This document shows, piece by piece, positions 1 through 11,376 of a stretch of DNA of 32,439 nucleotides. Where the stretch lies: assembly GCA_035294845.1 (NCBI GenBank), contig DATGKC010000238.1, forward strand, positions 1 to 32,439, read 5' to 3'. A program made the position numbers and the translations under genes. The notes below the pieces were generated by a model, which did no database searches, had not been told where the DNA came from, and was given only the letters and a program-made list of their open reading frames with translations. Origin of the DNA: Planctomycetaceae bacterium. Its GTDB lineage: Bacteria; Planctomycetota; Planctomycetia; Planctomycetales; Planctomycetaceae. Numbering within the stretch: position 1 is the first letter of the stretch; each line of letters opens with the position of its first letter.

Positions 1-1
1 C

Positions 2-1078
2 GTGAATGTGGATGAACAGCGCGTCGTCAACGCCGGTGGAGGGCAGCCAGGAGGTTACGACGTCGGGAAGGGAGGGCCAAACCCGTGGACGCCGGGCGAC
101 GATCCTTTCTATCTCATGGGGCGAAATGGCGCCGATCAGAAGCTGCCGGGCGAACACGCCTATCCCGATTCGGCCGCCACCGCCACCGCCCTCTGCAGCG
201 GAGTCAAAACATACAATGACGCCATCAACGTCGATGCGACGGGAACACGCGTCGCCACCGTGGCTCACGAGGCGCAAGCGCTCGGTTTCTCTGTGGGCGT
301 CGTGACGAGCGTCCCGATCAGCCATGCGACGCCTGCTTGCGCCTACGGCCACAATGTGCATCGCGATGACTATCAAGACCTGACGCGCGATCTTGTCGGA
401 CTTCGCTCGATCTCGCATCCCGAGAAACCGCTGCCTGGCGTCGACGTGTTGATCGGCGGCGGCATCGGCGACGAAAAGAAGTCGCCCAATGACCGAGGGC
501 AGGGAATGAATTTCGTTCCGGGCAACATCTGGATCACCGCCCCCGATTTAATTTCGATCGACGAAGCATCCGGTGGAAAATACGTCGTCGCCCTTCGCAC
601 TGCGGGAGTCAACGGGCGCGAGCGCCTGGCGGCCCATGCACGCGAGGCCGCACAGAAAGGCAAACGCCTGTTCGGCTTCTATGGCAACGCCAAATACAAA
701 GGACACCTCCCCTTTCAAACGGCGGATAAGGATTTTGAGCCTGCTCCCGGAAATCTCGGCCGAGCCGAAGAGTACATGAAGGCCGACCTCCAGGAAAATC
801 CCACGCTCGCCGAGATGACGGCCGCGGCATTGACCGTGCTTCAAGGCAACCCCAAGGGATTCTGGCTGATGATCGAGGCAGGAGATGTCGATTGGGCCAA
901 CCACGACAACAACATCGATAACTCAATCGGCGCCGTCAACAGCGGCGATGCGGCGGTAAGGACGGTCACCGACTGGGTCGAAGCACACAGCAATTGGAAC
1001 GAGTCGCTGCTCATCGTCACCGCCGATCATGGGCATTACCTTGTGCTCGAAAGACCTGAGTTGTTGACGGGTGACTGA
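2..1078 (+). CDS. Alkaline phosphatase (PhoA family), 5' end cut by the window edge
   Basis: Translation carries the PhoA active-site block DSAATATALCSGVKTYNDAINVD (E. coli has [23 protein letters not shown]). It also has the metal-ligand blocks EAGDVDWANHDNN and IVTADHGH. The ORF runs from the first base of the window. Confidence 0.85.
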   Translation: MNVDEQRVVNAGGGQPGGYDVGKGGPNPWTPGDDPFYLMGRNGADQKLPGEHAYPDSAATATALCSGVKTYNDAINVDATGTRVATVAHEAQALGFSVGVVTSVPISHATPACAYGHNVHRDDYQDLTRDLVGLRSISHPEKPLPGVDVLIGGGIGDEKKSPNDRGQGMNFVPGNIWITAPDLISIDEASGGKYVVALRTAGVNGRERLAAHAREAAQKGKRLFGFYGNAKYKGHLPFQTADKDFEPAPGNLGRAEEYMKADLQENPTLAEMTAAALTVLQGNPKGFWLMIEAGDVDWANHDNNIDNSIGAVNSGDAAVRTVTDWVEAHSNWNESLLIVTADHGHYLVLERPELLTGD

Positions 1079-1545
1079 TGCCCTCTCGCGTCTATGTTGG
1101 CGAGTGCCTCGTCGGTCGGGGCCTGTTCGCCGCCGGGCCGATCGCCGCGGGAACTGAAATCATGCAGTTCACCGGGCCGGTCATGACGCTCAATCAGGTG
1201 CGAGCCACGGGCCGATCGGATGCCGCCAACGCTTTGCAAATCGGAATCGACCGCTACCTGTATCTCGACGAGCCGGGCCGATTCGTCAACCACTCGTGCT
1301 CACCGAATGCCGCCGTCGTCAACGACACGCGGCTGGTGGCGACGCTCGACATGCCGGCCGGCACGGAAATTCGCTTTGATTATTCAACGACGGTCAGCGA
1401 CGGGTGGACGATGTCCTGCCGCTGCGGCTCGCCCGGATGCCGCGGGATCGTCGCCGCCTTTCAGCTTCTCCCGGAATCGCTGCGCCGGCAATACGCCTTG
1501 TTGGGGCACGTTCAGGCGTTCATTCTGGAGCAGGTTGGAGCGTAG
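1078..1545 (+). CDS. Minimal SET-domain protein (putative protein-lysine N-methyltransferase) with post-SET Cys cluster
   Basis: SET signatures FVNHSCSPNA and RFDYS are present. The C-terminal CRCGSPGCRG is a post-SET CxCx4C motif. The ATG overlaps the upstream TGA (TGATG at 1076-1080). Confidence 0.85.
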   Translation: MPSRVYVGECLVGRGLFAAGPIAAGTEIMQFTGPVMTLNQVRATGRSDAANALQIGIDRYLYLDEPGRFVNHSCSPNAAVVNDTRLVATLDMPAGTEIRFDYSTTVSDGWTMSCRCGSPGCRGIVAAFQLLPESLRRQYALLGHVQAFILEQVGA

Positions 1546-1641
1546 CTATCGCCCGACGCCCAAGAGCCACAACAAGATCAATAGTCCCAGAGGAAAACCC
1601 AACAACCACGCGCCGATATATGCCAATGCAGGACTTCTCAT
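1546..1641 (-). CDS. Unlisted 31-aa hydrophobic peptide (MRSPALAYIGAWLLGFPLGLLILLWLLGVGR), single predicted TM helix
   Basis: Hand translation of the minus strand: ATG at 1641-1639, preceded by AAGGAG with a 5-nt spacer, and TAG at 1548-1546. It is too short for the ORF track. It is co-oriented with, and 63 nt downstream of, the membrane-protein gene ending at 1705. Confidence 0.4.
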   Translation of the reverse strand: MRSPALAYIGAWLLGFPLGLLILLWLLGVGR

Positions 1642-1704
1642 GGGAGCTCCTTATTTTGATTTGTGACCGATCGTCGTTTAAGAATCGCTGACCTGGCGGA
1701 CGAG

Positions 1705-2418
1705 TTATCCACCGGCGAACTCAGCTCGATTTCGGGAATGCCAGAATGTCATCGGTTCGCCAGATGCCATCCAGCCTCCGATGACGCTTCCCATCAGACC
1801 CAATAAAAGAGCCGTGACCGACAATAGAGCGGCATTGCGCGTGGCGCGTGGCGTCTCTTCTTGCCAGCGGGCGACGTTCGCGCGATATTCGGCCCAGGCC
1901 GCCGCGTTTTCCGTTCTCTCTTGCGCGGTGGCCGTGGGGGCCAGCGCGTCAGGTTTTTCGTAGGGAGCCGCCGTCTGCGGATTCATTTTCAAGCCAGCGT
2001 ACCAGCTCCCGGCATAGCCGCCCGCTCCCGTTCCGACTCCCAGGACAAACAGGGGAAGCGCCAAGAGCCAAACGATCGCCCCGTGCAACATGGCCGGCTC
2101 GGAGCGGAGTATTCCGGCGATTTTTCCAACGACCCAGCCGCCGATCACAAATGAAAGGAACGACCCAAAGATGCCGAAAGCGGCGGCCACAATGCTGATC
2201 TTTCTGAGATCGACGACACGGTGTTCCGGCCGCAGCAGGTGGGCTCCGACGGCCAGCGCGATCAAGCCGATGATCACCGCGGCCGCAAAGGCGGCCAGAA
2301 CGCCAACCCAGATCCCGCTCCAATGAATGGGCCAATGCTTCCACCTCTCATATTCAATTTCCGATGCCGGTTCGGCGCGGACGGCTTCAATCATCGTTTC
2401 TCGTGCTGTGGTGATCAT
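1705..2418 (-). CDS. Multi-pass membrane protein of unknown function
   Basis: Several hydrophobic, Gly-rich segments (GVLAAFAAAVIIGLIALAVG, AAAFGIFGSFLSFVIGGWVVG, LLSVTALLLGLMGSVIGGW). I prefer the ATG at 2418 (MITTARET...) because GGAG sits 6 nt upstream. The longest ORF begins at 2436. Confidence 0.7.
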   Translation of the reverse strand: MITTARETMIEAVRAEPASEIEYERWKHWPIHWSGIWVGVLAAFAAAVIIGLIALAVGAHLLRPEHRVVDLRKISIVAAAFGIFGSFLSFVIGGWVVGKIAGILRSEPAMLHGAIVWLLALPLFVLGVGTGAGGYAGSWYAGLKMNPQTAAPYEKPDALAPTATAQERTENAAAWAEYRANVARWQEETPRATRNAALLSVTALLLGLMGSVIGGWMASGEPMTFWHSRNRAEFAGG

Positions 2419-2523
2419 GGTGGCTCCATACTCCATCGAGGAGTTGCGATAAGCGTTTTTCCAGATTGCTCGCCAGTGCTGCTGTCGAGCAAAAGCCGTT
2501 CCCGAATGCGGTCGCCGATCAAT

Positions 2524-3093
2524 TCAGGCCGAGGCAGATGATTTCTTTCTGCGGCGCCTGACCGTCTTTTCGCGCAGAAGCTCCTGGGCATGACCGGGAC
2601 CCCGATGTTCGAGCAGCTTGAATTCCCTGCCGCGCGATTTGTTGTACGACACAAAAAAATATTCGATCTCGTCCAGCAGGTTCTTGTCGAGGTCTTTCAG
2701 CGACTCGATTTGCTGGTAATCTTTCGCTTTGCAGGCGATGGCGACGAGCCGATCATTGCGGCACGTTTCTCCATCCTCCGTCTGTTCGGCTTCAATGACG
2801 CCGATCAATCGGGCGAGCACAAGGCATCCGCAGAATGTGGGCACATCGAGCAACAGCAGCACGTCCAGCGGATCGCCGTCGTCTGCCCTGGTGCCGGGGA
2901 CAAAGCCGAAGTCGTAAGGAAAGACGGCGCCTGCGGGGAGCACGCTTCCCAATCGGAACAACCCCAGCTCGGCGTCGAATTTGAACTTGTTGCGCGAGCC
3001 TTTGGGAGTTTCGATGATGACTCGCACCGCGTCTTTTTGCGGGTCGACGGGGGTGAGGCCATTGAGCGGGCAATGGATTCGATGGGCAGTCAT
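2524..3093 (-). CDS. ppa: Inorganic pyrophosphatase, family I
   Basis: VIIETPKGSRNKFKFD...YDFGFVPGTRADDGDPLDVLLL matches the soluble family-I PPase core. The track ORF extends to 3225 and would overlap the sulfatase stop. The internal ATG at 3093 (MTAHRIH...) gives a normal-length protein. Confidence 0.9.
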   Translation of the reverse strand: MTAHRIHCPLNGLTPVDPQKDAVRVIIETPKGSRNKFKFDAELGLFRLGSVLPAGAVFPYDFGFVPGTRADDGDPLDVLLLLDVPTFCGCLVLARLIGVIEAEQTEDGETCRNDRLVAIACKAKDYQQIESLKDLDKNLLDEIEYFFVSYNKSRGREFKLLEHRGPGHAQELLREKTVRRRRKKSSASA

Positions 3094-3221
3094 GACTGTC
3101 CGGCGTGCACTCTTCGTACCCGGCGAATTCTTTCCCGTAATCGTCGAACTATCTCTCGTGCTGATTCGCACTTCGGGCTTTTGGGCAGCCAGATCGGTCG
3201 AGGAATGAACAAGGAAACGCG

Positions 3222-4775
3222 TCAATCCTTCTCGCCCACGTCGTCCGGCTTGAGGGCAACATCGATTGCCGCGTAGGGATCATCGGATGGAGGGATCGTT
3301 TCCGGTTGCCGGGCCGTCCGGCGCAGATGGTCGACAAGCCGGCGCGTGAAATCGGCGACGACGGCTGCATTTTCTGGCCGCCCGGCGACGTTCGTCATTT
3401 CGTCCAGATCGTGCTCCAGGTCGAACAGCCGCATGGTGCGCCCGGGAAGCGGCCGGCCGGTGGCATAGCCGTCCTGGCGCTCGCGCTGGCCGGTGATGTA
3501 GACGAACTTCCAGCGCTGGCTGCGGACGGCGGCCTCTTCGTTCTCGGAGTACTCGATGAACACCTCGTCGCGGTGACGGTTCGTCTTGCCCGAGAGAAGC
3601 CCCAGAAGGCTTTTGCCCTGCATCGCACCGGGCGGGGCGGCTCCGCAAAAATCGAGAATCGTCGGTGCAATGTCGATGAATTCGACGAGGGCCGTGCTCA
3701 TGCTTTGCGGCTTGATCTTGCCCGGCAAGCGCAGAATGAGCGGAGCGCGAATCGCCGGCTCGTAGCTGCAATGCTTCTCGAACCGCCCATGCTGACCGAG
3801 CATGTAACCGTGGTCGCCCGTGTAGACGACCAGCGTCTGGTCGGCCAGCCCCGCTCGTTCGAGCGCATCGAGCACGACTCCCACGTTTTTGTCGAGAAAT
3901 TCGACGGCAGTGTAATAGGCCGCGGCGATCCCCTGTTTCTCGGCGGCCTTTAGATCGCGGAAAATGGCCGGGATCTGCCAGTCGTCTTCAGGCCCGACGG
4001 CGGGCGCGGCGAATTCATCCGGTTTATGGCGGCCTCGATATTCGACGGGAAAATGGAATGGCGAGTGCGGTTCGTAAAAGCTGACCATCAGGAAAAACGG
4101 GCGCTGGCTGTTTGACGCAGGGTTCTCGTTCTGCCGGCGGCGGTCGCCCAGGAACCGCGCCGCTTGGTCGGCGAAGTAAGTCCCCGGCATGTCGGCATCG
4201 ACCGCCGCGAAAGGGAGCGCTTCGCTGTTGAGCCAGACATCGGCCGGGTCGGCGAAGGGCCGCCACGGCGGCTGGGTTCGAATTTCGGAAGGAAGGGCCG
4301 TTTGTCCTTTCGCTTGCAGCCACTGGCGATGTTCAGCCAGGTCGATGCGCGTGTCGAAGCCGTGCTTGAGCTGCGAATTGAAGTGCATCTTCCCGATCGC
4401 CGCCGTATCGTAACCGGCGGCGTGCAGCAGCTCGGCGAGAGTCGTTTCGCTCTCGGGGAGGGCAGTGGAAAGCTTGGTAACGCCGATGGTTCGTGGATAT
4501 CTTCCCGTCAAAAACGATTGCCGCGACGCGGTGCAGACAGGCGAATTGCAATACGCCCGGTCAAAGCGCATGCCTTGTGCCGCGAGCTTGTCGATCTCGG
4601 GAGTGCGCACGAGCCGATTGCCGTATGCTCCCGAGACATACGCCGCATGATCGTCGGCGCAGATCCAAAGGACGTTGGGCCGGGGCCTTTGATCGGCAAG
4701 AGATGCAGCCGGCGCGACACATCCCGCGCCAAAGAAGAACAGCGATCCAACGATCAGTCGCAGATTCAGTGCCAC
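3222..4775 (-). CDS. Secreted sulfatase (formylglycine-dependent arylsulfatase family)
   Basis: LWICADDH and the FGly motif CTASR in SPVCTASRQSFLTGRYP are present, as are GKMH and YTGDHG blocks. A GTG at 4775 gives a clean Sec signal peptide (ALNLRLIVGSLFFFGAGCVAPAASLA). The maximal ORF starts at a TTG at 4892, so the start is uncertain. Confidence 0.85.
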   Translation of the reverse strand: MALNLRLIVGSLFFFGAGCVAPAASLADQRPRPNVLWICADDHAAYVSGAYGNRLVRTPEIDKLAAQGMRFDRAYCNSPVCTASRQSFLTGRYPRTIGVTKLSTALPESETTLAELLHAAGYDTAAIGKMHFNSQLKHGFDTRIDLAEHRQWLQAKGQTALPSEIRTQPPWRPFADPADVWLNSEALPFAAVDADMPGTYFADQAARFLGDRRRQNENPASNSQRPFFLMVSFYEPHSPFHFPVEYRGRHKPDEFAAPAVGPEDDWQIPAIFRDLKAAEKQGIAAAYYTAVEFLDKNVGVVLDALERAGLADQTLVVYTGDHGYMLGQHGRFEKHCSYEPAIRAPLILRLPGKIKPQSMSTALVEFIDIAPTILDFCGAAPPGAMQGKSLLGLLSGKTNRHRDEVFIEYSENEEAAVRSQRWKFVYITGQRERQDGYATGRPLPGRTMRLFDLEHDLDEMTNVAGRPENAAVVADFTRRLVDHLRRTARQPETIPPSDDPYAAIDVALKPDDVGEKD

Positions 4776-5027
4776 GTCTTCGACCAGAAGATACCAGGAG
4801 ATCGCGGGATTGGAGGATCGGCGTTGAAGTGAGCAAAATGCTACCTGGCAAAGGCCCCGCGTGCAAATAAAGCGACTCTGGGTAGTGGTCAATTTTGCGA
4901 CCCAATCGCCTTTCCGGGTGGCGGGGCCAAAGCGAGCGCTCGGATCACGCTCCCGCAGCGCGCACGACTTCGCATTCGCTGTGCGTTGCCGGAGATTCTG
5001 CTCGAGCGATTGCCCCGTGGCGTGCCG

Positions 5028-5387
5028 CTATTGCCCCTCTTTGACGAAAGGATGTTCTTTCCGGAATTCGTAGGCCTTTTTCTCGGCGGCCTGCCAGTCG
5101 CCCGATCTGCCTTTCTCAATGATCGACGAAAGCTGAACGTATTCCCATTCGGTCAGGTGACCCGCCTCGCGCCGTTTTTCGGCGAGGGCGGCGTGATCTT
5201 CCAACCAATGGCTGTTTTTCATGGTGATCGCCGTCAACAGGGCGTCGAGCAACCGGCGGTTGTCTCGCTCGATTTGAGTGGGTTCTGAACATCCCCAGAC
5301 GGCCAGCGCAAGGCCGAGCACGCACAAGCCCCAGCGCGATCGCCGCCCCGAGAAAATCAAACGTCTAATAGTCACCGACCACCTCAC
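5028..5387 (-). CDS. Small putative lipoprotein, unknown function
   Basis: The N-terminus [19 protein letters not shown] looks like a signal peptide with a lipobox-like Cys. It overlaps the 3' end of the upstream DUF1559 gene by 23 nt in another frame. The start is GTG and uncertain. Confidence 0.55.
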   Translation of the reverse strand: MRWSVTIRRLIFSGRRSRWGLCVLGLALAVWGCSEPTQIERDNRRLLDALLTAITMKNSHWLEDHAALAEKRREAGHLTEWEYVQLSSIIEKGRSGDWQAAEKKAYEFRKEHPFVKEGQ

Positions 5388-6375
5388 GGCCGTTTCGGCT
5401 GCTGATTCCGGCCCAAGTTCCCAGATTGATGCTGGCGCTCACGAGCCGCACGCTGCCATCGCCCATCAGAACGTTCGCCACGGCGCCCGCGTGCAACGAC
5501 TGCATCTGGTCGCTATGGCCCAAAGGACTATTGGGGGGGTGAATGACGACCGGGTCTTCATAAGGGCACGGGCCGCCATGGGCGCCGAGATAGGCACCTG
5601 GTCCATCGTAAACGCGATTTGTGCCCCCCGTCCCCAGGCTCGCAAAGGGGGGCCAGGCGAAATGGGTCGAAAACGGAACGGCGCCCGGCCAAACCGAATC
5701 GGCCAGGTTCGACGACCTCTCGCCCGCGAAGACCGTATTGCTCAGGCCATCGACGACGTCAGCCGTGCTCACGCGGCTATTGCGGTACATGGCGCCGTTC
5801 GGCTGGAGCGTGACGGGCCAACTGCACCAGAGCGTGCTATTGCCGACATTGGCAACGTAATTCGAGCGGCCGAAGACGGCGATCGTATTGTCGCCGATAT
5901 CCACGACGTTTACCGCCTCGCCGTAGGCCGGATTGCTGCCGCTCGAATCGGAAGGGCAACGGAAAATCGCAAGCGGCGTGCGGACGGCGGCGGCATTGAG
6001 CGGGTCGTAACAGGGAAGGCTGAGGTTGAGCGAATTGTAAAGAGGGGATTGCTCCATTTGCGGAAGAAGCTGGGTGAGCCAGCTCCAACCTTGCCCCGCG
6101 TCGTCGAATTGCGGGTCGGCCGGGCACATGGCGGGGATGCTGGGACCGCTGACGTAGCCGGGAGGGAAGACCCGGCTGATGCCCTCATAGTTGTGCAGAG
6201 CCAGACCGAGCTGCTTCAAGTTGTTCTTGCACTGGGCCGTTCGGGCGGCCTCGCGCGCCTGCTGCACGGCCGGCAGCACGAGCGAAACCAGAACGCCGAT
6301 GACGGCGACGACGACCAGCAGCTCGATCAAGGTGAAGCCCGTGCGCCGAAATGCCGCGAGCGTGCGGTCAGCCAT
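5365..6375 (-). CDS. DUF1559-family protein with prepilin-type N-terminal cleavage/methylation motif
   Basis: [52 protein letters not shown] is the hallmark N-terminus of the planctomycete DUF1559 pseudopilin-like family. The ATG at 6375 is preceded by AAGGAG with a 6-nt spacer. The track start at 6414 adds 13 aa without an RBS. Confidence 0.9.
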   Translation of the reverse strand: MADRTLAAFRRTGFTLIELLVVVAVIGVLVSLVLPAVQQAREAARTAQCKNNLKQLGLALHNYEGISRVFPPGYVSGPSIPAMCPADPQFDDAGQGWSWLTQLLPQMEQSPLYNSLNLSLPCYDPLNAAAVRTPLAIFRCPSDSSGSNPAYGEAVNVVDIGDNTIAVFGRSNYVANVGNSTLWCSWPVTLQPNGAMYRNSRVSTADVVDGLSNTVFAGERSSNLADSVWPGAVPFSTHFAWPPFASLGTGGTNRVYDGPGAYLGAHGGPCPYEDPVVIHPPNSPLGHSDQMQSLHAGAVANVLMGDGSVRLVSASINLGTWAGISSRNGREVVGDY

Positions 6376-6417
6376 CGTTCGCTCCTTTTTCAAAATATCA
6401 AATCCAAAATTCAATTG

Positions 6418-6446
6418 AATATAAAGAAGTTATTGTCAATAATCAA
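6418..6446 (-). promoter_or_regulatory. Candidate sigma70-type promoter for the DUF1559 gene
   Basis: On the minus strand: TTGATT (-35, plus coordinates 6441-6446), a 17-nt spacer, then TATATT (-10, plus coordinates 6418-6423). It lies inside a strikingly AT-rich tract. The perfect 12-bp palindrome ATTCAATTGAAT (6409-6420) overlaps the -10/TSS. The inverted repeat AATCAAA-N8-TTTGATT (6441-6462) overlaps the -35. Confidence 0.35.
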
Positions 6447-6489
6447 ATCAATTATTTTGATTCATCAAAATAGCGTGCACACGGGCGTT

Positions 6490-7160
6490 TTTTTCGTTTT
6501 GGTTCGTATATTTCGTGATTATTTGCGGGCTATGAGAAGGAACCACGAAACACCCAGCGCGGCCGAAGGCCGCAATCAAAACGATCAAAAAGACGAATAC
6601 CGCGGATTTCGCGGATATACGCGGATAGATAGGGGCGGGACCGAACTGGGCAGCACCCCGATGAGGGGTGCAAGATAGTTAGCCGGGGGTCGTCGCGCAG
6701 CGACCACCCCCCGGTAGCGTGTTTTGTCATATCCATCCGACCCCGGAAGGGGTCGCAGAACCGCTCGCATGGACGCCAGTCGCGTCGGACGTTTACGTCG
6801 GACCCGATGATGAAGCATTTCAATCAGCTCCTCGCGAAACAGTTTGACCCGGCGTTGTTCGACCTGAATGGCATTCGAAGCTCCGTTCGCCTGGCACCCC
6901 TGTCAGGGTGCTGCTCGATCGACTCGCTCTTCCGGGGGTCTTCGCTCCGCTCGACCCCCGGCTATCGGCTTGCAACCCTTCAGGTTGCCGGTTCCCAGCC
7001 GGGCCCCGATGGTCCCGCCGTCCCACAACTTATGGAACTCGCCGCATGAAATTCTTCGCGCAGCGCGCAAATATAAACTGTTTGCATTGCGGATACGCGT
7101 CCCGACGTACATCGGGATACAAATTGACCCTCGTGGTGTTCATCCGCGCGTATCCGCGGT
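6490..7160. repeat. Non-coding composite of short direct and inverted repeats and stem-loops (REP/MITE-like)
   Basis: TTCGT occurs three times (6493, 6503, 6512), and TTTCGTGATT (6511-6520) pairs with AACCACGAAA (6541-6550). CGCGGAT occurs three times (6601, 6610, 6620), facing ATCCGCG twice in inverted orientation (7142, 7152). There are two copies of a three-hairpin module, at 6653-6754 and 6894-6988. No ORF here has protein-like sequence. Confidence 0.5.
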
Positions 7161-7345
7161 TCTTCAGAACGCCCGCGGGTGTCCTGGTCCACCGGCCCTG
7201 AAATCGAACTACGTCGACTATCCGAACGCGAGTCCCCTCGCATCGATGGCATCGACAGGTTATGCTCGGGCACAGAGACGTCCCGATTGGCGCCGGCCCG
7301 CACAGACCGGCACATAAAAAACTTTCCTGGTCGGAGTCTACGATT

Positions 7346-8377
7346 GTGAGAAGCCTTATTGTGGTCCTGAGCGCCCTCGGTTTTCTGCCCGCATTTGCCG
7401 CCCCCGCAGAGGCAGATGACCCGGCGAATCCCGCCAGCCGCGCGAAGATCGTGGCCGCCCTCGAACGGGGCGTGCCGCTGCTTGAGAAGGCCGCAAGAAA
7501 TTATCCGGCGCATCGCAAATGTTTCGCCTGCCACCACCAGACGTTGCCGCTTTTGGGCTTGGGCGAGGCGCGGCGTGCCGGGGTCAAATGCGACGACACG
7601 CTTCCCCAGGCGATCATCGATTTTGCCGGCGCGTCATTTCGTGGAAAGCTCGACGATCTCAAGGCGGGTGAGAACATCGGCGGCCGGGGACTCACCGTCG
7701 GGTACGGGCTCTTGGCATTGCGCCTCGCCGACGTCAAGCCCGACGAATTGACCGAGGCGATGGTCACATTTCTGCTCAAGTCGCAGGAAGCAGATGGTCG
7801 CTGGGGCCTCAATGCGATTCGCCCTCCGGCCGAAGACTCGCTCGTTATGTGCACCGTCCTGGCCGCTGCCGGCCTCAGACATTATGCCGCGCCGGCGCAG
7901 CGGCCGTCCGCCGAGGCCGCGCTCGAAAAGGCGCACAACTGGCTTCGATCGGCGAAACACGAATCTCAGGAAGACAAAGTCGCCATGCTGTGGGGCTGCC
8001 GGCTGCTGGGCATAGAAGGCGATCGGCTCGATGAGTCGCGCCAGGCCGTGCTCGATGCGCAGCGCGCCGACGGCGGTTGGGGCCAGACGGCCGAGATGGA
8101 AAGCGACGCCTATGCCAGCGGCTCGACGCTGTTCGTGCTACTCGAAACGGGGCTGGCCGAGACTCATGCCGCCGCGCAACGAGCGGTTGACTTCCTGCTC
8201 AAAACGCAGCTCGACGATGGTTCCTGGCACGTCGCGACCCGCGCCAAGCCCGTGCAGGTCTTTTTCGACAATGGCGACCCGCACGGCAAAGATCAGTTCA
8301 TCTCGATCGCCGCCAGCGGCTGGTCGGTCGCCGCTTTGGCCCGCGCCATTCGGCAACCTGCTGAGCCGGCAAAATAA
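7346..8377 (+). CDS. Secreted prenyltransferase/squalene-oxidase-repeat (alpha/alpha-toroid) protein with an N-terminal CxxCH motif
   Basis: Repeated DGRWG / DGGWGQ / DGSWH motifs are typical of SQHop-cyclase/prenyltransferase repeats. CFACHHQ is a CxxCH motif. The GTG at 7346 has GGAG upstream and yields a signal peptide (RSLIVVLSALGFLPAFAAPAEA). The maximal ORF starts at 7262. Confidence 0.75.
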   Translation: MRSLIVVLSALGFLPAFAAPAEADDPANPASRAKIVAALERGVPLLEKAARNYPAHRKCFACHHQTLPLLGLGEARRAGVKCDDTLPQAIIDFAGASFRGKLDDLKAGENIGGRGLTVGYGLLALRLADVKPDELTEAMVTFLLKSQEADGRWGLNAIRPPAEDSLVMCTVLAAAGLRHYAAPAQRPSAEAALEKAHNWLRSAKHESQEDKVAMLWGCRLLGIEGDRLDESRQAVLDAQRADGGWGQTAEMESDAYASGSTLFVLLETGLAETHAAAQRAVDFLLKTQLDDGSWHVATRAKPVQVFFDNGDPHGKDQFISIAASGWSVAALARAIRQPAEPAK

Positions 8378-8410
8378 ATAGAAGCCTCGATATCGCACGA
8401 CGACGTTCCG

Positions 8411-11372
<2,962 letters not shown>

Positions 11373-11376
11373 GAAA

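Noticed and set aside
5278-6678. 466-aa ORF on the plus strand
   Set aside because: It is antisense to the well-supported DUF1559 gene. Its sequence is Arg/Ala/Gly-rich and low-complexity with no recognisable motifs. This is a typical shadow ORF in GC-rich DNA.
6739-6754. GACCCC-GGAA-GGGGTC tetraloop hairpin, considered as part of an SRP (4.5S) RNA
   Set aside because: The SRP domain IV consensus (…GGUCCGGAAGGAAGCAGCC… with its internal loops) is not present. The hairpin is one of several similar repeat-module stems.
6807-7049. 80-aa ORF (MMKHFNQLLAKQFDPALFDL...) inside the repeat region
   Set aside because: Only the first ~25 residues look protein-like. The rest is a translation of the GC-rich hairpin modules (…SLRSTPGYRLATLQVAG…). 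It has no RBS and is probably spurious.
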